Assembly (NCBI GenBank): GCA_003971905.1
Contig: RSEE01000050.1
Span: forward strand, 62,001 to 126,000
Reading direction: 5' to 3'
DNA: 64,000 nt
Source: Moniliella sp. 'wahieum'
Taxonomy: Eukaryota
Shown here: positions 52,726 through 64,000 of the stretch, in pieces
Numbering within the stretch: position 1 is the first letter of the stretch
Layout: every line of letters starts with the position of its first letter
The notes under the pieces: model-generated
Told to the model about the DNA's origin: nothing
The model's input: only the letters and a program-made list of their open reading frames with translations
The model's database searches: none
Position numbers and translations under genes: made by a program

Positions 52726-54493
52726 TCACACAGCCAAAGCATGGATATTGTAATCCACCAATCCCGGGTGTACCGACCACTTGTTGAAAATGTTGGTCGT
52801 CAAGTTCGGCTTGCCAAACAAAACTTTGACGCCAGCCAGAACCGAGTTGATGTACGCGCCTGACCGGTTATCGCCCGTCTGCTTGTACGACCCGGGACCG
52901 TCAGTCGCAGGGCCGGCCAGCCAGGATCCCGAGCGGTCTGGAACGTGTATGGCAACTGGGTGGCCTGCAGAACTTGTTCAACTTGGTTTGGCTTTGGGTT
53001 CGCTTGGACGTGCTGCTGGTGTGCGCGACGGAGTGGGACAGACGGGCCATCTCTTGCCAGTCGTAGGGATCGTTGCTCCCCGACCGGGCCAGATTGGACT
53101 GGATCCAAGACGCGACGTGAATGTTGATCCACGGACGGAGAAGATCCTTGTTGGTCAACTTGGTCAAGTCCAACGGATCCGAAGACTGGTAGTCCGTCAA
53201 TGCACCCGACCCTTCGCCTTGACTGATTGCGCCCGCTTGCCACGATACCTTGTGGTGTTTGACAGTGGCATGCTGCTTGAACAAGGTCAGCTCATTGCTG
53301 TCTTGACCCGGCGTGACTTGGAGAAGGCCCCAGGCAGGACCGTCACCATCTTGTTGTCAAAGTCAGACTCGGCTCGAATGTCAGCAAGGATGAAGCGCGC
53401 CGCCACACGGGCAGGCATCTCATTCCAGTACCGTGCCGCTGCGTGCCACACGGCATCCACAGTTTCATTGAACAAGCCACCCTTCAGCTGTTCCAAGTCG
53501 TCGGCCCAGGCCATAATCTGTGCAAATCCGTGCTCAGCTCTGCCTTGCTGTACCCATCGTGCGGCCAGACGGTACCAGTAGGGGTTGCTCCGGCAGAGGA
53601 ACTGCTGGAGGAAGCACTACTGGGGAAGAACTTGAGGTGCTAGTAGCACTGCTGCTGCTTTGCGTAGAAGAGCTCTTGGGCTTGCACGTTGACTTGTGGC
53701 TTCCTGTAGACGACGTAACGCTGGACGAGCTCCAAGACTTGGAGGAGGTGGGGTACTCGACATGGACTTGGAGTTGGATTGCGTGTTAGTCGAGGAAACC
53801 GTGGAAGAAGTCTTGGTGCTTGAAGCCGCCGTGGACTTGGACGCGGAGGAAGAAGACTTGGACGCGGAGGAGGAGGACTTGGACGAAGACGATGGAGGAA
53901 GCACGAGGTGGGGACATTCATGCTCTTGGTCTTGGGGCCGTTGTACCCACCCGTAGCCCAGGCAGGACAGCTGCCAGCACCCGCTGAGCTGCCAGAACCG
54001 TGGGAAGTGCTCTTCGAACTCGAGGAACCCGAACCTGAACCCGAACCTGAGCCTGAACCTGAGCCGGAACCCGAGCCTGAGCCTGAGCCCGAGCCTGAAC
54101 CCGAGCCTGAACCCGAGCCCGAGCCCGAGCCAGAGGCCCGAGCCCGAGCCAGAGCCCGATCCTGAGCCCGAGCCCGAGCCAGAACCAGAGTTGGAACCCG
54201 AGCCAGTGGAGGTGGGGCGAGCAGAAGCAGAAGAAGAGGAGCCAACCTCCGGGGACGCAGCGCGACGAGGATTTCCCCTGGTTGCCGGCTGCGCGAGGGC
54301 TTTGGACACGGCTTGGGAAGGGGTAAAGCCACGTGGATAGAGCGGGCTTTAGGCTGCGCCGTCAAGGCAGTGGGTGCGCCGTGTGGGACTGAGCGGGCGC
54401 ATGAAGCACACGGATGGGCAGTGCACTGACCCCAACGCCAAGGTGGGCGAGGAGCAGGAGGAAGAGGAGACCGACCAGCGGACGAGGGTGCAT
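52726..54493 (-). CDS. Secreted protein: signal peptide, long Ser/Gly-rich stalk and C-terminal lysozyme-like (SLT/GH23-type) domain
   Basis: Signal peptide [24 protein letters not shown], then (GS)n and S/T-rich runs. C-terminal domain: [13 protein letters not shown]..(frameshift)[43 protein letters not shown], ending HALAV-stop. Confidence 0.75.
54025..54203 (-). repeat. Coding hexanucleotide repeat (GARCCN)n encoding (Gly-Ser)n on the minus strand
   Basis: Directly visible gaaccc/gagcct/gagccc tandem array. Confidence 0.9.
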
Positions 54494-54899
54494 GATGATG
54501 ATGATGAGGAATACGACCGGCGTATAGGCTCCAGGCCAGAGGATGAGAGGGGTGAGGGAAGGAAGGCCAGACCGGCTGGAGAGAGAGGTGATGGAGGAAC
54601 GGGAGGAGAGAGCCGGCTCTCGGGCACCAACCAGTGGTGGGATGGGGGGTGGGGGGTTGACGGTAAGTGAAGACGGTGGGGGAAGGGGAAGAAAGGGCGG
54701 TCGGAGAGGGCCGAGAGAAGGCGGGGCTTGCTTATAAGAAAGAGTGACATGCGGCCCACGCGAAGCTAGTCGGCCTCTGCCGCAGTGCCGAGCGGAGCTA
54801 CAATGGCTGATGGCGTGCCAGGGCGTGCCTGGCTGCGCACCGAGGCACAGCGCCAGTCTCCCTCGTCGCCCTGTCCTGCTGCCTGTCCTCCTCTTCCCC

Positions 54900-56790
54900 G
54901 CCACCGTTCCAGTCACCGAGTCCGTCGTCACGCGTCACGCGTCACCAGTCACCGTCACTCGGCGCATGTCTCATCCGCTGTGATACTTCAGATGATATGT
55001 TGGCTGCCGTGTCCATCGGGCGCGACGGATACGTAGACGTCGTCTCAACCATCGCATACCTCTCTCCTCCCGCGGAGGCCACTACAGGCCCTTCGGTAAC
55101 TAGTACTCAATACTGAGACCTCCGGCTGATGCCTGAGGGCCTCAGGCCCTCAACACGTTCAACCTGCCTCAGGCCGCAGGCCTGAGGCTGAGGCCGAGGC
55201 CTCAACGTCTCAACGTTCAAGTACATTCAACACGTTCAACGTTCAACACGTTGAACGCTGCGCTCAACGAGCGGTTTAATAACGCGTCAGCGCTCAGCGC
55301 TGGTACTCATCAATCATTTATCATCAGCCATGGCTAAGTCATCCTCAGCCACAGGCCGCCTCAGCCTCATCCTCGGGTAGACCCGCTCTTGGTACAGGCC
55401 AGTGCCCAGCAGCCTCACAGCATCGAATGATTAACGTCGGCGTTTGGAGGTGTTGAAAACTGGTGTTGAGATTGGACATTGAAATTGGTTGAACATGTTG
55501 ATCAACACGTTGAACGTGGTAGGTACTCGGTAACCGGTAACCGGTAATGTTGAACGTCTGTAACCTTGTTCTATAGAGTGTTACATGGTATCGTATGGTT
55601 TTGCCGCTGTCGGGCAAAAGGGCTCGACGAACCCAATGCGCGTGACGTGTGACGACACGCGTGATGGTGACCGGTGACCGGTGACCGGTGATGCTTGCCT
55701 AGGAAACTCTAATATGAATGACGAGGTGATGCGGTGACGTTGGGCGTACGTACTTGGGTGGCCGGTGGCAGCCAAGTGGCTGGTTAGGTGACCGTCAGCG
55801 TCACATGTGACTCTGTGACCTCGTGGCAATTGCATGTGAGGAACCTGTAACCGGGAAGATGGAAAGATGACATGGGCAGGGCAATACTGCTAGCAACCCA
55901 TCCAAGCCCATCCTGATGCACCTGAGACGTGATGGAGTGGGCCTGATGCGGTCCTTGAGGGTGAAATTGCACTAGTGTGGCTGTGGTGGCGGTCTAAAAA
56001 ATGCCTACAGGCAGTCGCCCACCCGGCACAGAACATGGAAAACACAAGCGAAGAGAACACAAAGAACTCCTAGAAGCGTCTCGCTAAGGAGGGACAGAAG
56101 AAACATTGCTGGTACCCAAGGTGTTGCTCAACACATCCCAGCCCATCCCAGCCCATACCGCATGCGTCAACACGCCGCCACCTGCCCGCAAGTAACGCGT
56201 AATATAAGGCCGCGTTAGACGTTGAACGTTAAGTACGTTAAACGTTAAACGTTAACGTTAACGCGTCTAAGGCGCTAACGATAGCTACGCAGGGTAGATT
56301 CCAGTGACAACCTGCTCTGCAGATCCCATGTCCAGCTTCCAAAAATCTACGCATGGTCTTCTACTACGCCTTCGACTCGAAAAGCTACAATGCATGGATA
56401 TGTCTCAACATACAATGTGATCGCGGTGTGATATGAACCGTGCGATGCACCGCGATGCATGTGATGGAAGGGTCTGCTTTGTTCGCGCCTAGCCACTGCA
56501 GCAGCCACCTAGTACTGAAAGAACCAACCCCACAGTAAATCCAACACACTCTCGTGGCACACGTTCAACGTACGTTAAACGTTAACGTTAAAATGGCCAG
56601 GGCCGCTCTCGGCGTGCGCGAAAATGCTTCAAATTAAGGTTGGAGATTGAATGCCGTTGAATCGTATTGAACCCGTTTAACTGTCACTGTGACCCCGTTT
56701 ACCGGTTACCGGATACCGGTTACCTGTTACCTGCATGTTTAATCTGGTACTGCATTGGCGGTTCTCAAGGCCTCTCAGATCTCAGGCCTC
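54900..56790. repeat. ORF-poor intergenic tract rich in short tandem 7-bp palindromic-unit arrays
   Basis: ACCGGT-G x3 (55670), ACCGGT-A x2 (55533), AACGTT-C/A (55232, 56235), ACGCGT-C x2 (54930), AGCGCT-C x2 (55289) and CCTNAGG clusters (55130-55200). Confidence 0.8.
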
Positions 56791-56949
56791 TTTTACTGAG
56801 TTTCCGCCGGTAGCACAGCTTATGACCCCCCTACACGCTAGGTTCTCTTGCCCGGAAACGAAAGAGTTACGACCGTGCAACACTTAGTACTTATTGTCCG
56901 TACGAGGATCAGAGTGTCAGAAAAGTCGCTTCTGTAGCAGGTAACCACA

Positions 56950-58150
56950 GTTACAAGTCCAAGTTCTTGTCGGGGTGCAACTGCCTTGCCAGCACAGTTC
57001 GCAAAACGCGTCTCGCCCTCCTTCCGTCGTCCGCTTCATCCCCTCCAGTGTTGACCGCCACCATCGACTGCTTCCGGGTGTACAACAAAAAGGCACCTCC
57101 AGCAAAAGAAAAAAGACAGCCCCAGAGATGCTTGAACGATCATCGTTGTCTGTAAAGTCTGCATCGGACCAGCCAACCACCTGTCCAGCACCATCACGCT
57201 GATACACCAAAGCGACCGAACACGTGCACCTCAGGCAGGCAATGTTCCCCTTTACCCGAGACCAAGCAACCTCTGTTGGTGCCCGAGTTAATACGAGAAA
57301 CGGCATGATACGCATGTGCCACATCCGGGCGCGTATTCGTCGCAGCGTACAAGGTCGACCCCATCACCGCCGCAGAGTAGGCCGACTTGAGCCGTTCCCC
57401 CGCGGCCCTCGCATCTCCACCATTCTCCTCCTTGGCCGCACGGCTGGAAAGCAAGGCCGAATTGAAGGCTCCTTGGGCCATGTTGAGGGTACGTCCTTTC
57501 GCCTGGTCCTTGCCAAAGAGCTGAACACATCCTTAATATACTCCTCCTGGTCGAGGCATGCTATGCCAACAGCCGTGCGGTCATGCGTGATGCGCAATCC
57601 GAGAGGGCAGATCTGAGGAAACCGACGGAGATGACAGCAAACTTATTCTGGAGCGCAGAAAGGAGATACGCTAGACGGCTTAAACTCGTCAAAAAGAACA
57701 TGACGACTTACCAAAACCTTGCGCAAAGAGGGAACCCATATCTTGAAAATCCGACTATTCTCATATCCGACGAGAGCGCCCCGGAGACCACGCGCTTCAG
57801 GCGTGCTCTCTCCAGACCGCAAGTCGCGCACCCAAGTTGTACACAATCGCGCGAAGATGATCCACCATAGCCCTCTTCTCAGACCACCGTTCCTCAGAAT
57901 TCACCTTCTCCAGGTCCGAAGTCAACCTCACCGGTGTTGGAGTCAAGTCGTACAGGTACACCGCCGTACGAACCAATACGCCGGCCATACGCTTTTGGGC
58001 AATTTACCTCCAACGAGGAATCTATGCACACTTGCCATCAAAGTACCCTGCACTCGCTCAGCTCGGCCATTTTGAGAACTGGTGTGTATGGAGCAGTGAA
58101 CTCATGCTTGATGCCTTCCTTCGCCCAAATTGCCTTAAACTATTTGCTGT
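56950..58150 (-). mobile_element. Degenerate, internally deleted Ty1/copia LTR-retrotransposon pol remnant
   Basis: In copia order (IN-RT-RH): KEGIKHEFTAPYTP (integrase core), GALVGYENSRIFKIWVPSLRKVLVSRHVLFDE (post-integrase SH3), LRITHDR..LDQEEYIKDV and YSAAVMGSTLYAATNTRPDVAHA (RT), and GWSDADF..DRSSISGAVF (RNase H). Confidence 0.85.
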
Positions 58151-60836
58151 GGTATACTGAGATCCGTGGTCCCATCGGAAGATACTATTGACCTTTGTGT
58201 TACCTATCTGGCGTGCTATACATGGGCAAAGCGACGCTCAAACACCAAAGTCAATCCAAAGGTTGAGAAATCAGACATATCGCAAGCAATCTAGTGTTAG
58301 AAGTGTATAGCAAGGAAAGAGAGGAGCTGAGTTACACGGTGTGAAGGGCCAACAACATACCAAGGACCATGATGTTGGGGGCGTTGTTGCCCTTGAGGAT
58401 GTGTAGGACGGTGCACAGTTGCGATTGGTCGAATCCTCCTAAATATGGTACGAAGCATGTGAGTCTGGGTGCCGACGCAGGTTCAATTACCGTCGTCACG
58501 GTGGCGGAAGGGTGGCCGAGTGTGTTGGTGGTCCGGTACAAAATCTGGGTGGTGCGGCCAGCGCCAGATATCTTGTACTGGGCGTCGATGACGCGATGGC
58601 GAACGCCAATATCTGTCAAAGTAGTGGAAATGACATCCAGTCGACCCAGTAGTTGGATAAGGGCTTCTCTCAGCTCGTACAGCACAGAAGTGCGCAGTTC
58701 CATCTGGAGATCAAGTCCCCACATCATAACATGTCGTATGGTAACTCAGGCGTATCAGGAGAGAATGGTAATGGGAGAAGGACAATGATGATATTCATCA
58801 AATGGAACAGTCGGAGGCGAGGTAACTTTACCTCGGAGAAAAAGGGGGGCATGCGAACTGAATCGGATGGAGAAAGGTGCGAGTATATATGCAAAGGGAA
58901 AACAGAGGGGGTCTACAGCAAATCAGAGTTCAGTCCAACCACGCCGTTCTATGCAGGAGGACCATGGAAACCCTGGCGGACTTTCAAGACCGCCGCCTTC
59001 CAAAGAAACTCGAGCGCCTCCTTGCGATACATATCCCAAATGCCTGCCTCTTTGAGAATGTCGGCATACTTGCCATACTTGGGAACCGGTTGGCAATGAC
59101 CTCAACGAGGTGCTTCTCACGGGCAGTGTTGGCCGAGAACCAGTAGCGCAACCGAACCAAATCGGCTTGAGCCACCCCCACCGCATCCAAAAGGTCAAAG
59201 ATGGCCTCGTACCGCTTGGAACAGTGCATTATCGCCCAATCGAGACAATCACGAAGAACCCCTTTTACCTACATGTGGACCGTGTTGCTATTAGCCGTCC
59301 ATTCACATGTGGCCCCCGTGACCGGTGACCGATGACCGGTGACCTCAATTATCGGCTCGCCAAATCATCAATCATCGACCATCGATCACGCGTCACGCCC
59401 AGTGCATCAGATTACGTAGGAGATGCCTTACTTAATCATACTCAGTAGCATTGTGGAACCAGCCTTTACTCAGCCCCTGAAGCAGTCTAGCTACTCGCGT
59501 GACTAGGGTGATCGATGTGCTCAGGCTCAGGCCTGTGATCATGCATCATGATCGACCTCGCATCCTACGGTAACCAGTGCGCGCGTGAGCGTGAGGGTGA
59601 GCGCGCGAGCAGGCCTGAGATCGATCACACGGCACTCACTGCTACCTGTTTTTTTGTAGGTGAAGTTACTTTGATTTGGGTCAGGCCTGAGGAAGTATGA
59701 GGCCTGAGGGTCTGAGGAGAGCGAGGATTGTGGGCAGTTCTATGATGGAGGAGGCGCAGTCATTAAGAATGCAGCCGGAAACGCCCATGTTCCCACCATA
59801 AAATTGCTTCGAAGGCGTTTACTATAACGCAAGTGGAGGGAGGCATCCGTCATTATGAGGTCTCTTATTCCTTGGAGAGGCTCGCGGGTTGTCCCCGGCC
59901 CCAGAGGGCAGAGCCACCCTGATCGCCCTGACCTATCGCAGCAGGAAAGACGCGATAAGGTGATCTCCATGCAATACGCATCCTGCATTCGGTCCTCCTT
60001 ATATCTCTTCCCACACAGCTGGGATGAGTGTGTTTAGCGAGAGTGTGTGGCTCGGATGGGTCTCTCTGCTATCAAGCACACAACAAAAAGCAGCCCCCAA
60101 AGAGGGTGCAATGCCGGATGATGGAAATGATGGGGATGATGGACACCATCCGATGGAGATTGGCGAGCAACGGCGGGAGGCGCATGTGCTGGCTGTGGTA
60201 TACACATGTATCGAGCAGGCAACACGCGTTCCTAGCGAAAGGAGATGGAAGGGGGGTGGCCAGGGGTGGACTGTGTCTGTGTGCGTGCAGGCGGGGGGGG
60301 GGGCTGTCTGTAAGTACGTAGTAGGCGGTGGTTTGAAGGGTGAAGGCCGGTGAAGATGGATGATTCGAGATAGGGAAGATAGAGGATGGCATGGCGTTCG
60401 CATGGGCGGCTCTTGCGAGATTGTTACTCCCTCGGCCTGCTTCCGCAGCGGGGTACTATATAGCAGCAGCCGAGCGGCAGAGCGACAGCAGCGGCTGACC
60501 GAGACCCCGGAGTTCCGGCATGCCCTCTGGGCTCTGAGATGGACATAGTACGTCCAGGTGGCTGGTCGCGCTGATCATCCATCTGCAGGCGATGAGCAGC
60601 CGCCGGCGCATCGCGAGAGGCGGCTGCCTCCGTCGGTATACAATGCGTGCGAGGCGAAGATAAAGTGTGGACGCTATGTAGCGGGTATACACACTATACT
60701 ATCGGGGCCGGGCGGGGCTGCGCTGGCTTGCGCTGCCTGCTGTCGGCGGCCATTCAGCATGGCTTGCGCGTATATACATGTCCCCCGCCCCCTACACCCC
60801 TCCCCCACCGCCTCCCCCTGGGCGCACACCACCACC

Positions 60837-63800
60837 ATGCCTGACGACCTGCCCGCCTTCTCCCACCCCCTCGCCCTCCCCCCCGAGCCTGAAGAAGACC
60901 AGCCCTTCCTCCCCAATGCCCCTGGCAGCGACCATGACCACAACGCCAGTCCCCACCTTACGCTGACGGACAAGCTGGCTGTTGATGACCTGTCCCAAAT
61001 CAATCTCCCCAACCCATTCGCCAACGATGACCCCGATAATGACGACGATGTCGATGCGGATGACGACGACGCCATCCAGGGGGGCAAGTCTAAGATCCGC
61101 TATGCCTCTGTGGCCGATAATACCTACTACACCACCAGCTTAGCAGACGCCAGCTTCGAAGACGCCAGCTTCGCAGATGTCTCCTCGGGCTACGTCGACC
61201 ACTCCTCATATCCAATCCCCTCCGCTCCCCCTCCGGACACGTACGCTGCCTGGACCCCTGAGAAGGGCATCCCTCTATCCAAGGAGGAGGTCGAGGACGT
61301 CTTCATTGATCTCGTCAACAAGTTTGGCTTCCAGCGCGACTCGATGCGCAACATGTACGACCACCTTATGATTCTTCTCGACAGTCGCGCCAGTCGGATG
61401 AGCCCGGACCTGGCCCTGGCCACCCTTCACGCCGACTTTATTGGTGGCGAGCACGCCAACTATCGCAAATGGTACTTTGCCTCCCAGCTCGACTTGGACG
61501 ATGCAATTGGCGAGGCGCAGAACCCTGGTTTGAGCCGAGCTACGACGACGATGCGTATTCCCACCACTTCGGTATCCATGGCACCCCGCACGACGGCTCG
61601 AGTCAAAAGCCTAGGTTCGGCGTCGGATCGATGGCGCGAGGCCATGGGTCGGATGAACAATTACGATCGTCTCCGTCAAATCGCCCTGTGGCTTCTCTGC
61701 TGGGGCGAAGGTGGTCAGGTCCGCTTTGTTCCCGAGTGTCTCTGCTTCATCTTCAAATGTGCTGATGACTCCTACCGCAGCCCCGAGTGCCAAGCGCGTT
61801 GAGCCTGTCCCCGAAGGCCTCTTTCTGTGGGCTGTAGTGCGTCCCCTGTACCGGTTCCTACGCGACCAGGTCTTTGAGGTGGTTGACGGCAAGTTTGTCA
61901 AAAATGAAAAGGACCATGCCCAGATCATTGGGTATGACGATGTCAACCAACTATTTTGGTATCCGGAAGGCATCTCCCGCATCGTTCTCAGGGATGGAAC
62001 TCGCCTTGTCGATGTGGACCCACAGCAGCGATACATGAAGTTTGACAAGATCAACTGGGAGCGTGTCTTCTTCAAGAATTACCGTGAGTCCCGCTCTTGG
62101 GGACACCTTGTCGTCAACTTCAACCGCATTTGGATCTTCCACTTGTCGGCCTTTTGGTATTACACAGCGTACGTTTCATTTTATCTTCCATTCTCGTCCC
62201 CTGTTCCGTGTGTTGCCATCTAACCAACCTCACACCTTCCGTTAGAGCAAACGCACCCCGGATCTACACCGCTGATAATACACCCACACTTCCTCAAAAA
62301 TTGACGTTTGCGGGACTGGGTGGGGCAGTGTCGGTGATGCTGATGCTGCTTGCGACCTTTTTGAGTGGGAGTATGTGGGAGGAAACAATCACAACAATGC
62401 TCACCTTCTCTCCCGGACATTATTTTTGCTCGTCTGCCTTGCGCTTACAGTCGCCCCCGCGGTGTATGTCCTCGGCTTTTCTCACAAAGGGACGGTACCG
62501 ACCATCATTGGGTTGGTTCACATTGCTGTGGCAGGCACAATCACCGTCTTTCTCTCGATCGTGCCCAGTGGGCGTATGTTTGGCGATCGGGTACGTGGGA
62601 AAGCCCGCAAGTATCTTGCTAGCCAAACGTTTACCGCTTCTTACCCCTCGCTACCTGCGGGCCAACGAGCAACAAGCATTGCGCTCTGGGTTCTCATCTT
62701 TGGCTGCAAGTTGACCGAATCGTACTTTTTCCTCGCCCTCAATTTTAGCGAGTCCCTGTCGATCCTGGTGCGGATGCAGGTGCAAAACTGCCGGGACCGG
62801 TACTTTGGCTCGGCATTGTGCAAAAACCAGCCCATCTTTACCCTGGCCATTATGATCCTCATGGACTGTGTCCTTTTCTTTCTCGATACTTTCCTATGGC
62901 ATGTCGTCTGGAGCACCGTGTTTAGTGTTGCCCAGGCCTTCCGTGTGGGAATTCTGTTTGGACGCCCTGGAAGGAGATGTACCATCGCTTGCCTGGGCGA
63001 ATCTACACCAAACTGCTCTGTCACGCCGGGAAGGAAGCCGGGTACAAACCAAAGGTGCTTGTCTCCCAAATTTGGAATGCGGTCGTCATATCCTTATACC
63101 GCGAGCACTTGCTGAGCATCGAACATGTTCAGCACCTGCTCTACCGCCAAGTCCAATCCGACACGGGGCAGCTTCTCTTAAGTCCTCCCTCCTTTTTTTA
63201 CCCCAAAGCCGGACGCCCTCCAGAGTTCTTCCCAAAAGGATCGGAAGCGGATCGGCGGATCAGCTTTTTTGCTCAGTCATTATTGATTGACATGCCTCCT
63301 CCTATCCCTGTGGCAGCCATGCCTACTTTTACCGTGCTCACCCCCCTATTCGGAGAAGATTTTGCTGTCTTGCGGGAAATCATCCGAGTAGAGGACGAGA
63401 GCACCCACATCAGTCTCATTGATTATCTCAAGAAGCTGAATCCCCGGGAATGGGACAACTTTTGACGGACACCAAGCTCCTAGCGGAAGATGAGGACGAG
63501 GAGGTAGTTCATTCCACTCCCAACATGGGCGGCGGAGACAAGCACCGCAGCAAACGATTCAGCAAGAACAAGGTGGAAAACGAAGACGATCTGCCCTTCT
63601 ACATGGTGGGGTTCAAGTCGGCCAAGCCCGAGTACGTGCTTCGGACTCGGATCTGGGCCTCACTTCGTGCTCAGACGGTTTACCGCACGGTTTCGGGATT
63701 CATGAACTATACAAAGGCCATCAAGCTTCTTTATCGAGTCGAGAATCCCGACATTGTGGAGCAATACGCTTCGGATCCTGAGGCACTGGAACGGGAATTG

Positions 63801-64000
63801 GAACGCGTCAGCCGGCGCAAGTTCAAGTACGTGATCACCATGCAGCGCTACACCAAGTTCAACAAGGAGGAACGAGAAAACGCAGAGTTTCTCCTCCGCG
63901 CTTACCCCGATCTTCAGATTGCCTACTTGGAGGAGGAACCTGGTAAGGAAGGAGAGGAGGCACGCTGGTTCAGCTGCCTAATTGATGGGTACAGCCCGCA
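60837..64000 (+). CDS. FKS1: 1,3-beta-glucan synthase catalytic subunit (GT48); continues beyond the window
   Basis: [134 protein letters not shown] and [13 protein letters not shown]. Intron ~62169-62246. Confidence 0.97.

Noticed and set aside
53908..54165. Plus-strand (Glu-Pro)n ORF
   Set aside because: It is the antisense shadow of the (Gly-Ser)n stalk of the minus-strand secreted protein.
56810..58330. LTRs and PBS for the copia remnant
   Set aside because: TG-starting segments (56914, 58295) and a PBS-like word near 56818 do not form a matching direct-repeat pair in the right orientation.
54900..59720. CRISPR array or centromere interpretation of the repeat-rich tract
   Set aside because: There is no constant repeat with unique equal-length spacers, and the genome is eukaryotic. 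Centromere status cannot be judged from sequence, and the tract is short.

Overview
High-GC, gene-dense eukaryotic DNA from a basidiomycete fungus, most consistent with Ustilaginomycotina (short GT..AG introns with CTGAC/CTAAC branch points, intron-containing tRNAs, typical fungal housekeeping genes). Almost every gene, including essential ones, is broken by single-base indels, which points to an unpolished long-read assembly rather than pseudogenes. CDS coordinates are therefore reconstructed across frameshifts and approximate. Recognisable genes, in order: S53 tripeptidyl-peptidase (5' truncated), COX17, NDC80, a CBS+PB1 protein, cystathionine beta-synthase, tRNA-Ile(AAT), an RlpA/expansin-like secreted protein, mitochondrial uS4m, PhzF-like protein, a YABBY/HMG-like protein, SAM synthetase, BNA1, RPL1, PCD1-like Nudix hydrolase, MAP1-like aminopeptidase, complex I 51 kDa subunit, profilin, PAT1, tRNA-Arg(ACG), QCR7, a C2H2 transcription factor, a Whi5/Nrm1-like repressor, RIB5, a secreted Ser/Gly-stalked lysozyme-like (SLT/GH23) protein, retrotransposon remnants and FKS glucan synthase (3' truncated). 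The most unusual signals are: (1) intergenic arrays of 7-bp units that share one geometry (a 6-bp A....T palindrome plus 1 nt, giving T-N-A junctions) but have many different cores; (2) a frameshift-hidden secreted lytic-transglycosylase-like protein; (3) a heavily substituted echinocandin hot spot 1 in FKS; (4) a duplicated exon end plus splice donor inside an intron.
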